Assembly: GCA_051294905.1 (NCBI GenBank)
Contig: CM119379.1
Location: 16,616,001 to 16,680,000 of the forward strand
Origin: Botryllus schlosseri
Taxonomy: Eukaryota
DNA length: 64,000 bases
Direction of reading: 5' to 3'
The position numbers and the translations under genes were made by a program. Below the pieces are notes generated by a model. The model searched no databases and was not told the origin of the DNA. It was given only the letters and a program-made list of their open reading frames with translations. Of the stretch, positions 42,001-54,000 are shown piece by piece. The first letter of the stretch is position 1; each line of letters begins with the position of its first letter.

Positions 42001-45000
42001 AAAAGTGGACGCCATCGCCTCCGCACGAAGACTTTGGTTGTCACACATTTTCGATCAGTATCTTTTACTGCTACTTTGGATAATTTAATGCAATCTAGAA
42101 AAGTTCTTATGACTGGTTAGCTTTTTTGGTAGTTGCTGGAAAAGCTCTCCTGGCCTCCCTTCTTAGATTCGAACCGCTGACGAGTGACGGCCCGTCACTG
42201 ACGGGGCGCGGGGTTAAAGGCTGTTTACTTCCGCAAAAAGCCTGACGCATTGACAATAAGTCAAGCACAAGGAAATTCCTGCGCTCGTTTTTCTTGAGTT
42301 TGCACACGCCTGTCAAGTGTCAACTCTGTAACATTTACTGAAATATGTCGCATGTCGCTGTTAATATGGTAATGATTAATGTTACATGACGTTTCGCGAA
42401 GTCACATCCGGAACGCTGACATGGCAGTTTCTGTTGTAGCATGCAAGCTGTGTTCAATACTTAGCGTGACTACTGCTGAACTTTGTCTTGTCTCAAATTC
42501 AACATGCAGTCAGCTGTATTATGATAGCTCGTACGCTTGACGGTTGCTATACCGATATTCCACACTTCATCGATTTCCCGTCGACCGCTCGCCACCGGTC
42601 CTGATATTCTGACAACTGAATTCAATTCAACTTATTGTAAACAATTTCATCATTTTAATATACCACAAGACTGCGATACAATGGAAGAAAGGAAGGTGTC
42701 AATAGAAATAAATGACGCTCTGACATCGATGATGCGTTGTAACGCGCCAAGTGGAAAATTTGCTCTCAACAACGTGTCGTTATTTTGCTAGTGAGGTTGC
42801 GGGTGAATGAATGTCGTCATCTCGCGACCGAAAGTCATTTGTACCGACTACCGAGTCACAAACTATGATGAAGTGACTACTCTGCATCGAATGTGCATTA
42901 TAAGCTCGGATCAGGCCAATACCATGAGTACCAATTCCTATGTTTATTCCATCACAAATGGCAGCATTTTGGTCCGATACAAATTGATATCTTATCGAGG
43001 TGACTGGAGTCGCGAGACTACTGTGTATCATTATGCATTCAAGTATAAAATATAATCAAATATAGTCAAATGTATGTAAATTCGGTTTCGTCTTCGTATT
43101 TTAGATAACAGTTGAGGTCAGCGACGAAAACAACAACCCACCCGAGTTTCCGGAAGGCTTGGCCCGTGCCAGCGTGTCCGAATCGAAACCGCCCGGTACC
43201 AAAGTGACCACGGTCAAGGCGACCGACCTGGACTCCGGCGATGTCTTGACTTATTCACTGAGCTCCAAATCAGGAGACTTGGGATCGGACTTCGTCATCG
43301 ACCCTGTCGAAGCTGTCGTATCCGTCGGACCCTCTGGAGTTGACCGAGAGAGAAAATCTCAATATCTACTTGAAGGTAGGAGATATTTTCAAACATACTA
43401 GATAAAACGATTGTATCTTCTCCCTCAAGAGAATTTTCGAATTGATTTATAGTAGGTTAATTACTATCATTTCAGTGGTTCTTGACCTTACCAACCCTTT
43501 CGATACTCCGACGAACCCAAATATTTGTACAGTCACAAAAGCAAACGCAGTACAAATCAAATACGTTACTATAGAATATTGGTGCACTCTGCACAAGGTG
43601 TACTGTGCGTCAAAAGCATCGTTAAAGAACAAAACCACTGAGACATCATACAACCAAATGATTATAATGAATATTTACCAGTTAAAACCACTGTATTCCA
43701 TTAAATAAATACCCTCTTTTCCTAATACCAACATGACAATGGTTATATTCTGATAAATATCACAGAAAATGTTTGATATTTATCAATATCAGTTATTATT
43801 ATTACCTTGAATTGTGGTGTAAGCCCACCCCAGTACTTGAGTTATGTTGGGAAATGGTGGCCAGTGTTAAGTGCAGCGAGTTGTGACGTCACATTGCGCA
43901 TTTGTGGTAGATTCAATGTCCAAATGCCAGGTTTGAATTACTATCACAGGATTAATATAAATGAGACTTCTTATCGTTTTAAGTCACTGCCGATGACGGG
44001 ACGCACCGGTCCACCATGGAATTGCAGATAGACATCGAAGACGTTAACGACGAGGCGCCGCAATTTACGTCCACCCCTATCTGCTTTGATTTGTCGGAAA
44101 ACTCTCCGTACGGCACCGTCGTGGGGCACTTAGAGACAGAAGACCGGGACCAGGATTCCTATGTTGAATATTCGATCATTGGCGATAATGGTAGGTTTCA
44201 TGCACCACTTTATCTTAAGCCTTTACCACATCTACTCTACATTGGCAATAACCTATCAACTTCGAATTCTGATATCAGTTTGGCTCCACAAAAATCACTG
44301 AATGGGTACTTTTAATAATATAATTATTCTGTATCTGTATCTCGAAAATCCGATAGCTGTTTTTGAACGATTTATCATTACGTCTTGATATTCTAAATGA
44401 ATATCTGGATACATTGTGCCATATTGCTGCTTGCGTATCACATATCGCACTTTCTGTTTGTGATTTGAGTCATGCTATTGTTTAGCGCTTGTGGCTAAAT
44501 TTAACGCCTTGACTCGTTTGATTAATCACAGACTGATACCGATTGTTTTGCTTCTTATGTATTGAAACGTGTCGCTTTTATGTTTCAGAAATGCACACGA
44601 ATTTTACAATCCACGCTAATCACGGAACCATACGGTATACCGGAACAGGTGGACTGGATAGGGAATTACAAGATTTGCACATTTTACAAGTTCGAGCAAT
44701 CGATCAAGGCGGTATGTGACAGAATTCCTACAACGCCTCACGGTATCTGTTGGATATTCATTTGAGCGTATTGTCTCTCAGTAGAAATCGAAGAGAATCT
44801 TCAATTTATGTACGTGAATTGTGTTGTCATGATTTGAGCTGGATGAAATAGTACGCTCTGTTTGTAGGACATTTACACCCTGATTGAAGTTATATTTTTG
44901 TGAATAGGTTTAACGGCATTTCCACGTTACATAAACCATCACTTCTCATGCTGAGTTCTAAAGGATTTTACCCCATGTCCTACCCCGTGTCACTTCAGTC

Positions 45001-48000
45001 TGCGGTATATTTTATGCATTTTATAAATGATTGCAAAAATTAGGTTTCTTAATAACTGACCCCAACCTTATTTCACGAATTCTACTACCAGACCTCAGTT
45101 GAAGTCTAAATGAGAACATTGCTTGATACCTCCAAATTTTGGTCCCCTGACTGGTCTGCACTTCTACAATAACTCATCTACAGCAGCAATTATCCTGACT
45201 CACATTAACACGGTGTACTGTCGAAAAGAAAATTAAAAATGCTGACTACCCGGTCAGTATTATTATTGTTTTATATAACATCAATCTTTTTGCTTCACAA
45301 TCCATTACTGACAGGAGAAAATGATCATGCCCAATTTGGCTTTTCAATCATCAAAGCTTCAATCATGATATGCCGGTGATTACTCGAGATTATATGGTTA
45401 TGATTATAATTTGATGATAACAGGGAATATCATCTGAATTAACCATCGTACTTGATTTATCTGTGAAACCACATCGTCTTTGGTGTGGGTGTGGGTTATT
45501 TCCTATTAGCTTTTGCATAAGTTATCTGTCAATTCAATGCTGAATGTTTTACAGGCTTGCACTCCATCGCCCGTGTGTACATTTATATCACCGACGAAAA
45601 TGACCACCAACCTATGCTGCACGTGCAGGGCCATGACATTATCGAAATATCAGAAGAGTCCCACATTGACTCGGTCGTTGCTAGGGTGCATGGGACTGAT
45701 CTCGACCTTGGTGAGGGTACTTCTTTTGTTGGTTTGATGTGAACTAGTCAGTGGTGTGCTCCACAAGTCTGGGGTTTGGATTATGACGAAGCCAAAAATG
45801 TATTCTAACTCTGACTAGATCTTGCACATCTATTATAGTGAAGTATCAGCAGCATTGAGATGTGTGATGGCCACTCTCTTTGTTTCGTCTAGTCTGGCAC
45901 TTTGCGATGTTGATTCATCAGTAAATATTCCTTCCCCCTTTGATACAACATCTAACACATCTTAGAGGGCATCTGAAAAATGCTGGTCAGCGATGCTTTA
46001 CATATTACTCATACTGTGAACTTTGTGACATAGTTGGCGATGCGCAATGACTTTTGCGTGCATTGTGATGATTGAATTTGCCTCGTGTGCTATGATGAAA
46101 TAATAATAGGAACCAACAATCGAGATGTCACTGGTGCCCCCTTAATTAACGAGTTTAAATACTTTTTTTACTGTCCCGACCATAGCGGTGTTGAAAACGC
46201 ATGTACAGCTAACACGCGACTTAATGGACCACAAAGTTTTCACAACTGACAATATACTGTTAAACCACGAGGAAATAGACACAAACTATTGACCTTATGA
46301 TATCTTGAAGGCATTGTTTGCGCGTGACTCCACACCACTCGGTGCATAAATTCAGTACTTGAAAAATGGATTCAATATCCTGGTATGATTCAACAAATGC
46401 TAATATTGCTGTAAATTTAGAAAGAAATTGCGCCTATGAAGCGTTTTATGAAACTAATGTTTTCCACATCTCATTTTTAGGCGACAACCAAGAAATTTAC
46501 TACAGCATTGTTAGCGGTAATCCCTACGGTCACTTCCGCATCGGCACCTTTTCCGGACTGGTCCATGTTAACTCTAAGTTGGACCGGGAAACCATCGGCC
46601 AGTACCGTTTGACCATCATGGGCAGGAACAAATTTGCCGGTCTCGGGTTCGAGCAATTCTCCAATCTCACTCTTGATATCAGTCTTCTGGATGAGAACGA
46701 CAACACGCCATATTTCACAACTCCCTTAATCACGTAAGTATCACATTGGTAACATTACAATCACATAACTCCTAAGACTTTGCCTACCAACATGTGCCAC
46801 CTCATTTTCATGGCATGTACTTATATGTTATCGTCTATTCCTTTTCATTCAACTTGCATACATGGTATATACCTGTTCTAGGCCGAGGTAGGTGTCTGAT
46901 TGAAATGTTACTCCAAGTCGTTTCAACACTCTCCTCTGTTTTCATTATATCTCAATCTTGTGTTGTTTTGAAATGATGAAAATATCAATAAAATGAATGA
47001 AAATTGCCGGTTGGGGAAAAGCTGTTGGGTATTAATTACCATCTAGTAACCGATAATTGAGAATTATTTTGTGATCGGATTATTAATTTACTGAAGCTTA
47101 GATATATATATCGCTCAAGTTTGATGCAATTCTTGATAATTATCGCACAAAGCATATTATGATTCCGGTACAATGATCAGTTTTGACATGTTTACATTCT
47201 AAAATTCATGGAAATTTTCTAGATACCTTCCAGAAAATGCTCCTGTGGGACACACGGTGGTCGATATCAAAGCTGTCGACCCCGACGAGGAATTGGACGG
47301 GGTGGTCTCCTATCGCCTGTTAAGTCAATCGCCCAACGACGGAACCTTCTCTCTCGATTCCCAATCGGGACTGTTAACCGTTTCGGACAATAGGAATCTC
47401 GATTTCGAAACTACCACACAATATAATTTGACAATCGAAGCCAAGGATGGAGGTAAGTTCACTTTGACAACAGGTGATTGAATTACAAAGCTTCAACTTG
47501 TTGAAGACTCAGTCAATAGCATGGAAAATCTATGCAAACAGTACACTCAAGTACCTTACCACTGTTTCGTCCATTACGTGAAGTAGTTTCAGTGAAGTGA
47601 TAAGAACTTATTCTTCAACAGACTTTAAAATCAAAGAATTCAACTTTTGGATTTGTCAATTAGTTTAATTTAGTGCGTATCAATTTCTTCGTGATAATAA
47701 ATCACAGCAGTAAAAATGAGACGGCACTGTTGCAACTTTTGTTTGACCTTCACACAGATCTATTGACCCACGCTTATTTGAAAAAAAATAATTGCTAATA
47801 ATTGCCTTCATAATTGCTAAACAAATACCATTACCCACTGTTATATGTATAATTTCCGCTGTATTTTCTTCAGCGTGTAGATTCGTAGAACTCCACCCGG
47901 GGAAAAATGTTATCATCAGTGTTTATTTATTCAGGCTATCCTGCATCGACTTCGAAAGGAAAAATTGAGGTACGCATAGTCGACGCTAACGATAACCGGC

Positions 48001-51000
48001 CAGTTTTCGAAAAAAGCCAGTACACTGCAACGCTTCGTGAAGACAGCCCTGTTGGATCGCACATCGTACGAGTGGCAGCTGAAGATGACGATACCGGGCA
48101 CAATTCCGAGATCCTGTACCGAATAGTACCTTCTTCGAATGCGACGTTTTTCCACATTGAACGATACACGGGTAAATAAATAACTCGAAATTCATGCCAT
48201 TCTTGTTTAACATCTATCAACAATCGGGAATTCTCAGGTCGCGTAACACTGTTCAATACTTTGGACTTTGAAAAGAAAGAATATATATCGGTGGAAATTG
48301 AAGCCATCGACGGTGGCGTGAATCAGCTGTCAAGCCGCTGTACGCTGCTTTTGAATGTGGAAGACGTGAACGATTGGTCGCCTATTATATCTCCGGACCA
48401 CATTATTTTGCATGTGCAAGAAAATTCTCACGCGCAATCTCTGGCAAAGGTACGATAAGAAGTGATTGTGTCAGGAGTAAATATTTTTAAATAAATAGTC
48501 TTCATTTATGGTGTGCTAGGATAAAGCGAGCGTATTTTGATATCTCGTCCTTGACGCAGATGGATGAAAATGTTTTGATATTGTCATTTACAGACAATCA
48601 GAATTGGTCCATGATGAAGTACTTCTAATTCTACTTCCATAATTGGTTCTGTTTTAGTCTACCGCTACTTCAGAGTTTTTTGTTTACCTGACAAAACTAG
48701 GCCAAGAATACTTTTTTAGCCACTTGGAAATGACTACTTCTTCTACTTGAGTACCAACCATGCATTTCCTCATTGATGTTGATAAACAACTTCCCAAATT
48801 ATTCTCAGAGTCGATAGGATTTTACATCATTTGAAACCGCAATTTCGTGCGTTGTTTATGCTTTTGTCATTGCCTGACAGTTCACCGCTATTGATAATGA
48901 CAACGGTAACAACGGAGTCACCAACATCTACGGTATCCAATCCGTCCCACATTCGGATTCGTTCAGTTTGAATATCGGCGTCGACGGGTCTGCTTCGTTA
49001 ACTGTCAACAAAGCACTCGACCGCGAATTAGCTAAGGAATATCAACTCACTATCAAGGCTCGAGACCGAGGTACGTACGTGGTATCTATGAATAAGCATT
49101 GGAGTTATTCATTAAATTAGTTCAAATTGGACTGATATTTACGGACATTTTACAGAAAAAATTAATTTATTCTCTCAACTATTTCAGGGTCTCCGCCCAG
49201 GACGGGTGTCGCGACTTTGCTTTTGATCGTGGATGACAGAAACGAATATCCTCCCGAGTTCAATCAAATTCAGTATTTTTCATCTGTTCGAGAGGATGTG
49301 TGGCCGGGTAGTTTTGTGACGTTTGTGAAAGCTACCGACAGGGACGGATCGCAAATCAGGTAGATACCTATCTCAAAAGCATACAAATATTTTGTCTACT
49401 GCCAGTCTTATTTTCGAAATTTAGGTCCTTCTAGAGAACTGTTCATTTTCCTACAATTTTCTAGCGCCGAACCCAATCTAATTGCAATGCCACTTTTTGT
49501 ATGTGTATTCGATGGCATCGAAGTTCTTATCTTATGGGAGATAATATGATTTACAGATATGAGTTGCAAGACAGTGAGAACCTTCCATTCTACATTAACC
49601 ACGACGACGGCAAGATCTACGTACGGGCGTCCTTGGACCGTGAAGTGACAGGACACTATAACGTTACTGTCGTCGCGTATGACGAAAAAGGTAGTTTCCA
49701 TAGCACTCAAATTATTACGAGTTCAAACAAATTCCAATATCCAGATGTCACCGGATTGCAATATCACCACAATGTCACGCTGGCGATCGATGTTCTTGAT
49801 GTAAACGACAATACTCCAGTTTTTACGCATGGAAATACGGATTTCTTTGTGGATTCGTCTATTTCGAGTATGTATTTGCCTCTGGTAGATATTTTGTGAT
49901 CATCTGCTCAACTGTTGTTCTTGTTATCTGTCAAGCAAAATTTCCTTCAAGTGGCTGAACCTTATATACAGGCTCAAACCAACAGCCCACTTTCCAATCT
50001 GTTCTGTTCACAAAATAACTGCGAAACGTATCTATTTCTAGGTGGTACCGTGCAGGTTATAGAAGCGATGGACCCCGATTCCGGTGATAACGGAAGGATA
50101 ACTTATTCCATCGTTAGCGGAGACGGGATCTTTTCAATCGATTCTCATACCGGCGAAATCATCATTTCATCTGCAATGTCATCCGGACCTTACAATCTAA
50201 CCGTAAGCAGTGCTAATTGCATTGAATTTAAAAGATATGTGTTGTGTTTCATGAATGCAATTCATCCAATTCGTGAACTAATTTTTTGCGCGCAGATACA
50301 AGCCGCTGACAACGGCGCGCATCCAAAGTATGCCGTCGCGCACATTCGATTGTTTCTTCACAATGAACGGCAGCCAGTTATTTCGCACGATCTTTCGTCG
50401 ACTGCAATTGATTTGGTTGAAGGCTTGAAATCTATCGAAGACATTGGAACATTCAAGGCTACGGGAAATGTTGAATTTCAACTTATAGGTACGTGCATTG
50501 TTGTGGATTGTTTGCTGGGTGATTTTTAAGTTGTTTGTAATAGCTATCAGTGCCAAAGAACAGGCTGTAAGGCTGTTAAGATCACGGTCATAAATCGAGC
50601 TGTGCCGTCATGCGAAACATACGTATATCTTCTTGTGCATTGATAGTGCTATCCGGTATTTTTTCGATTTTTACATTGTTTCTACATTGCAAATTTTTGT
50701 AGGAGATCGGTATGGGTGGTTTGCGATAAACCCCACCACTGGTCATCTGACCGTGTCTGGAAACGTGGACAGGGAATTGACATCGACTCTCACTCTGTGG
50801 GTGGTGGTGACGGAGACTGGAAGCCCTGGAAGCCCGTCTTTTTCCGGCTTTCAAAAACTTACGGTCAAGGTGCGTATTTTGCTGGCTTTGATTCAAGTAC
50901 TGTGATCCCACGATTTACTTTACGAAACAGATAAGCGATGTCAACGATAACCGACCGATGTTCAACGATGCCGTTTATGAGGTGCACGTCAGGGAAGGCG

Positions 51001-54000
51001 AAAAGGGTGATATCGCTAGCTTTTCTGTGAACGACATGGACGAAGGTATTTTTTTCATTAAAATTCATGCCTCTAATTTTCAAATTCCATCTCAGTGACG
51101 TCATGTTTGGCAATACGAATGTTGATATACAAAGTTATTCTGCAATCTCTACTAGATGCTGACGAGTGTCAGCCGATAATATTTGTGTTTCTTTCAATGC
51201 GAATATATATTATTCAATTGTATATTGAAGTTCTCTACTTCCAAGAGTCTCTTACAATTCATGTGCTTATTACCCAGTAAAGTCAGATATGACGCCCTGT
51301 CGAGATTTTTTCACGTAAAATAGGCAAGGGTAACTGTATTTTCAAAACACTTCAATTGAATCAGCTACGTAACAGCTTACAATCAGTTGTCAAGAATTTA
51401 CCAGGCTGTTATAAGTTGGTAGTAGTTGCCTCGATGGTAAGCTACATGATGCCTCAAAGAGTATTCGATATATTTGATTCACCCCAATTGTATTTCGCCG
51501 CTGTGCTCACAAGTCTATTCTGCTTATCATTCAAAACATCCAAGTCTTACTGAGGGCTTTTATTCAGGTCAAAATGCCGAATTTTCCTTGTCCATCGTTG
51601 ATGTGAACGATGATGCAGATTCATTTTCCCTGTCGTCCGACGGAAAGTTGAGGATTGTTGAAGGACTCGACAGAGAAAAGCAGCCAAGGTATGTTGGATT
51701 TCAGACTTTTACCTTGACAGTTAGATGAATTCATAAAATTATTTTTTATGTATATTTTGATATAGACCTATACTTTATTTCATATTCAATTTTGCTCAGC
51801 TACAAGCTGGTGATCCGGGCTACCGATCGGGGCACTCCGGCTTTGCACACTGACCTCGTTTTCCGTGTGATTGTTGATGATGTCAACGAACACGAACCCA
51901 AGTTTGAACGCTTGCTGAGCGCTAACATTCCCGAAGACCTATCAGTGGGTGTCGCTGTGCTGAAGGTGAGAGTGAACAGTTTCAATAATGTGGTTTGACA
52001 TTGTATGTATGATGTGCATAATGCTGGTGGTAATGCTTATCGGTATTCGTTTAATCTGTAATGAACCCAGGTGTCTTCCATTGATGATGACGAAAAATCG
52101 AATCACACGTATCGTCTCACCGACAATCCCGGCGGATATTTTGATATCAATCATGAGGGTTACATCACTGTGGCTAAACCGCTGGATCGCGAAACTACTG
52201 CTACGTATGTATATCCATATTAGATATATTCCTTTACCAGACGTGGTCAGCAATGAAGTACTTCTATTCTTTCGAAGTACTCAAATAGGTTATGATTTTA
52301 TACTACTACATGCTTGACTACATGTCCTTATATGATTGTAGCGCCTTGGTAATATACCAGTTCTATTCAGTACTAGTAGTAACCGTAAACCGTTTTAGGC
52401 ATGCCTTGGAAGTAGAGGCGTTTGACGGAACATGGACAAAGCCTGCCTCGGTGACAATCCGGTTGAGTGATGCTAACGACAATGCTCCTAGGTTTGTTGG
52501 AATGTCTCAGAAATAATTTCCATGCTTGGTATTTATACTGGCCTGACTTTTTAGGTTCACTGAAAATACGTATGCAACTTCTATTTCTGTCGATACCGAA
52601 AAAGGCGCCGCAGTTCTGAGTGTCAATGCAACTGATGTTGACATCGGAGATAACGGAAAGGTGCGATACAATGAATCGGTGTCACCCACTTACGATGTTG
52701 CATGCTAACCGATTTGAAAATGTTAAATATTATTGGGGAACGGTCAACAATAGACTATCAAAACTGCAATAGCTACGTCTCCGATTTCAATGCTCGAGAT
52801 ATATCTGTTCACGTTACGTCAAATTTGAAGTAAAGAGTTGTGTCTTATACACAAATACTCCTGTCTACAAATTCCATTTTATGATCTAGCAAATATGTCA
52901 ACACTACGTCAATGTTACAGATCAACTACAGAATCTCCGGCGGCAGCTTGTATTTTGATATCGATGACACTGGCCTGATCACCATCAGACAAGTTCTAGT
53001 TTGTAGTGCCGAAGGTATGTGTGTTGCGGTGTGCAATTTTGCGAATTACCTTATCTAATGTGTGGCGTTTCGTCGTAGGATGTCCCACAAAACATTCCCT
53101 GTCTGTCGTCGCTTGCGATGGGGGTCTGCTGAGTGTGCAATGCAGTTCGGCGAATGTGTTTATCACTGTCAAATCCGTCAATGAGTATACGCCACAGTTT
53201 ATCGGCGGCAACATAGAAATCGCAGTGATGGGATCTACTCCCGTAAATGCAAAGGTATGTAACTTTAGACTTTAGTCTCGTTGCAATTTTTGATTGCATG
53301 CTTTTGGTATGCGATGTGTATGTGTGAAAGATCTACTCATTACTCCTTGACATTTGTGTCGTATATAGGGAGTCATGATAAAAAATATGTGTTTGACAAT
53401 TGTTTTGAGATATTATTTTTGGTAGTGTATTGGACTATTATCTACATACCATTATAAACATTATTCATTATGATATTGCCCGCACTCAATGTTTGGTCAG
53501 TTACCAAGTACATTCCATATCATCATTTTGATTGTGGGGACTCTGTTGAGATATTCATTTAATCTATATTATAGTTGATTATAATCTGTCAAAATGTATA
53601 GTATATGTACAAATGCAGGTGATATGTGTTTCTTAATGCTACATTTTTTATTGCAGATTTATGAACTGTGGGCCACTGACCCCGATCCTGATACGATTCT
53701 CACGTTCGCCATAATGCCCGGTCGAAACGCAGACTACTTTTCCATCATCAACGAAAATCAACTGGTCCTAGAGAAATCGTTATCATCGTTTGGGCAGGGT
53801 CATAAACTCACAGTGGACGTGATGGTGTCGGATGACGGTGTGCCGATGAAGTCGGCTTTGAGAGAGTTGATGTTTGAAGTTACCGGGGAGAACGTGAATA
53901 GGTATTTTAACGTGTTGTAGTCGATGTTAGGTTCGTCTGGAGTCCAAATCGAAATTGCAACCACAAACAAGCGACACATTCTGAGTCCTTTGAAAAATCT

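Larger units (their letters stand above)
33703..42518. repeat. Head-to-tail tandem duplication carrying the two caspases (unit A ~33703-39283, unit B ~39284-42518)
   Basis: 33703-33900 matches 39284-39348 plus 39887-40045; 36525-36740 matches 40048-40270; 3' flanks, ORFs and upstream regions align to ~39280 / ~42518. Confidence 0.88.

Noticed and set aside
42158-42170. Pol III B-box (GGTTCGAATC on - strand) suggesting a tRNA or SINE
   Set aside because: No A-box or cloverleaf found, and it is absent from the paralogous position in unit A.
51152-51173. Helitron 3' end (hairpin plus CTAG on the - strand) for the 170-bp repeat
   Set aside because: Homology among copies continues about 60 bp past the CTAG, so it is not the terminus.
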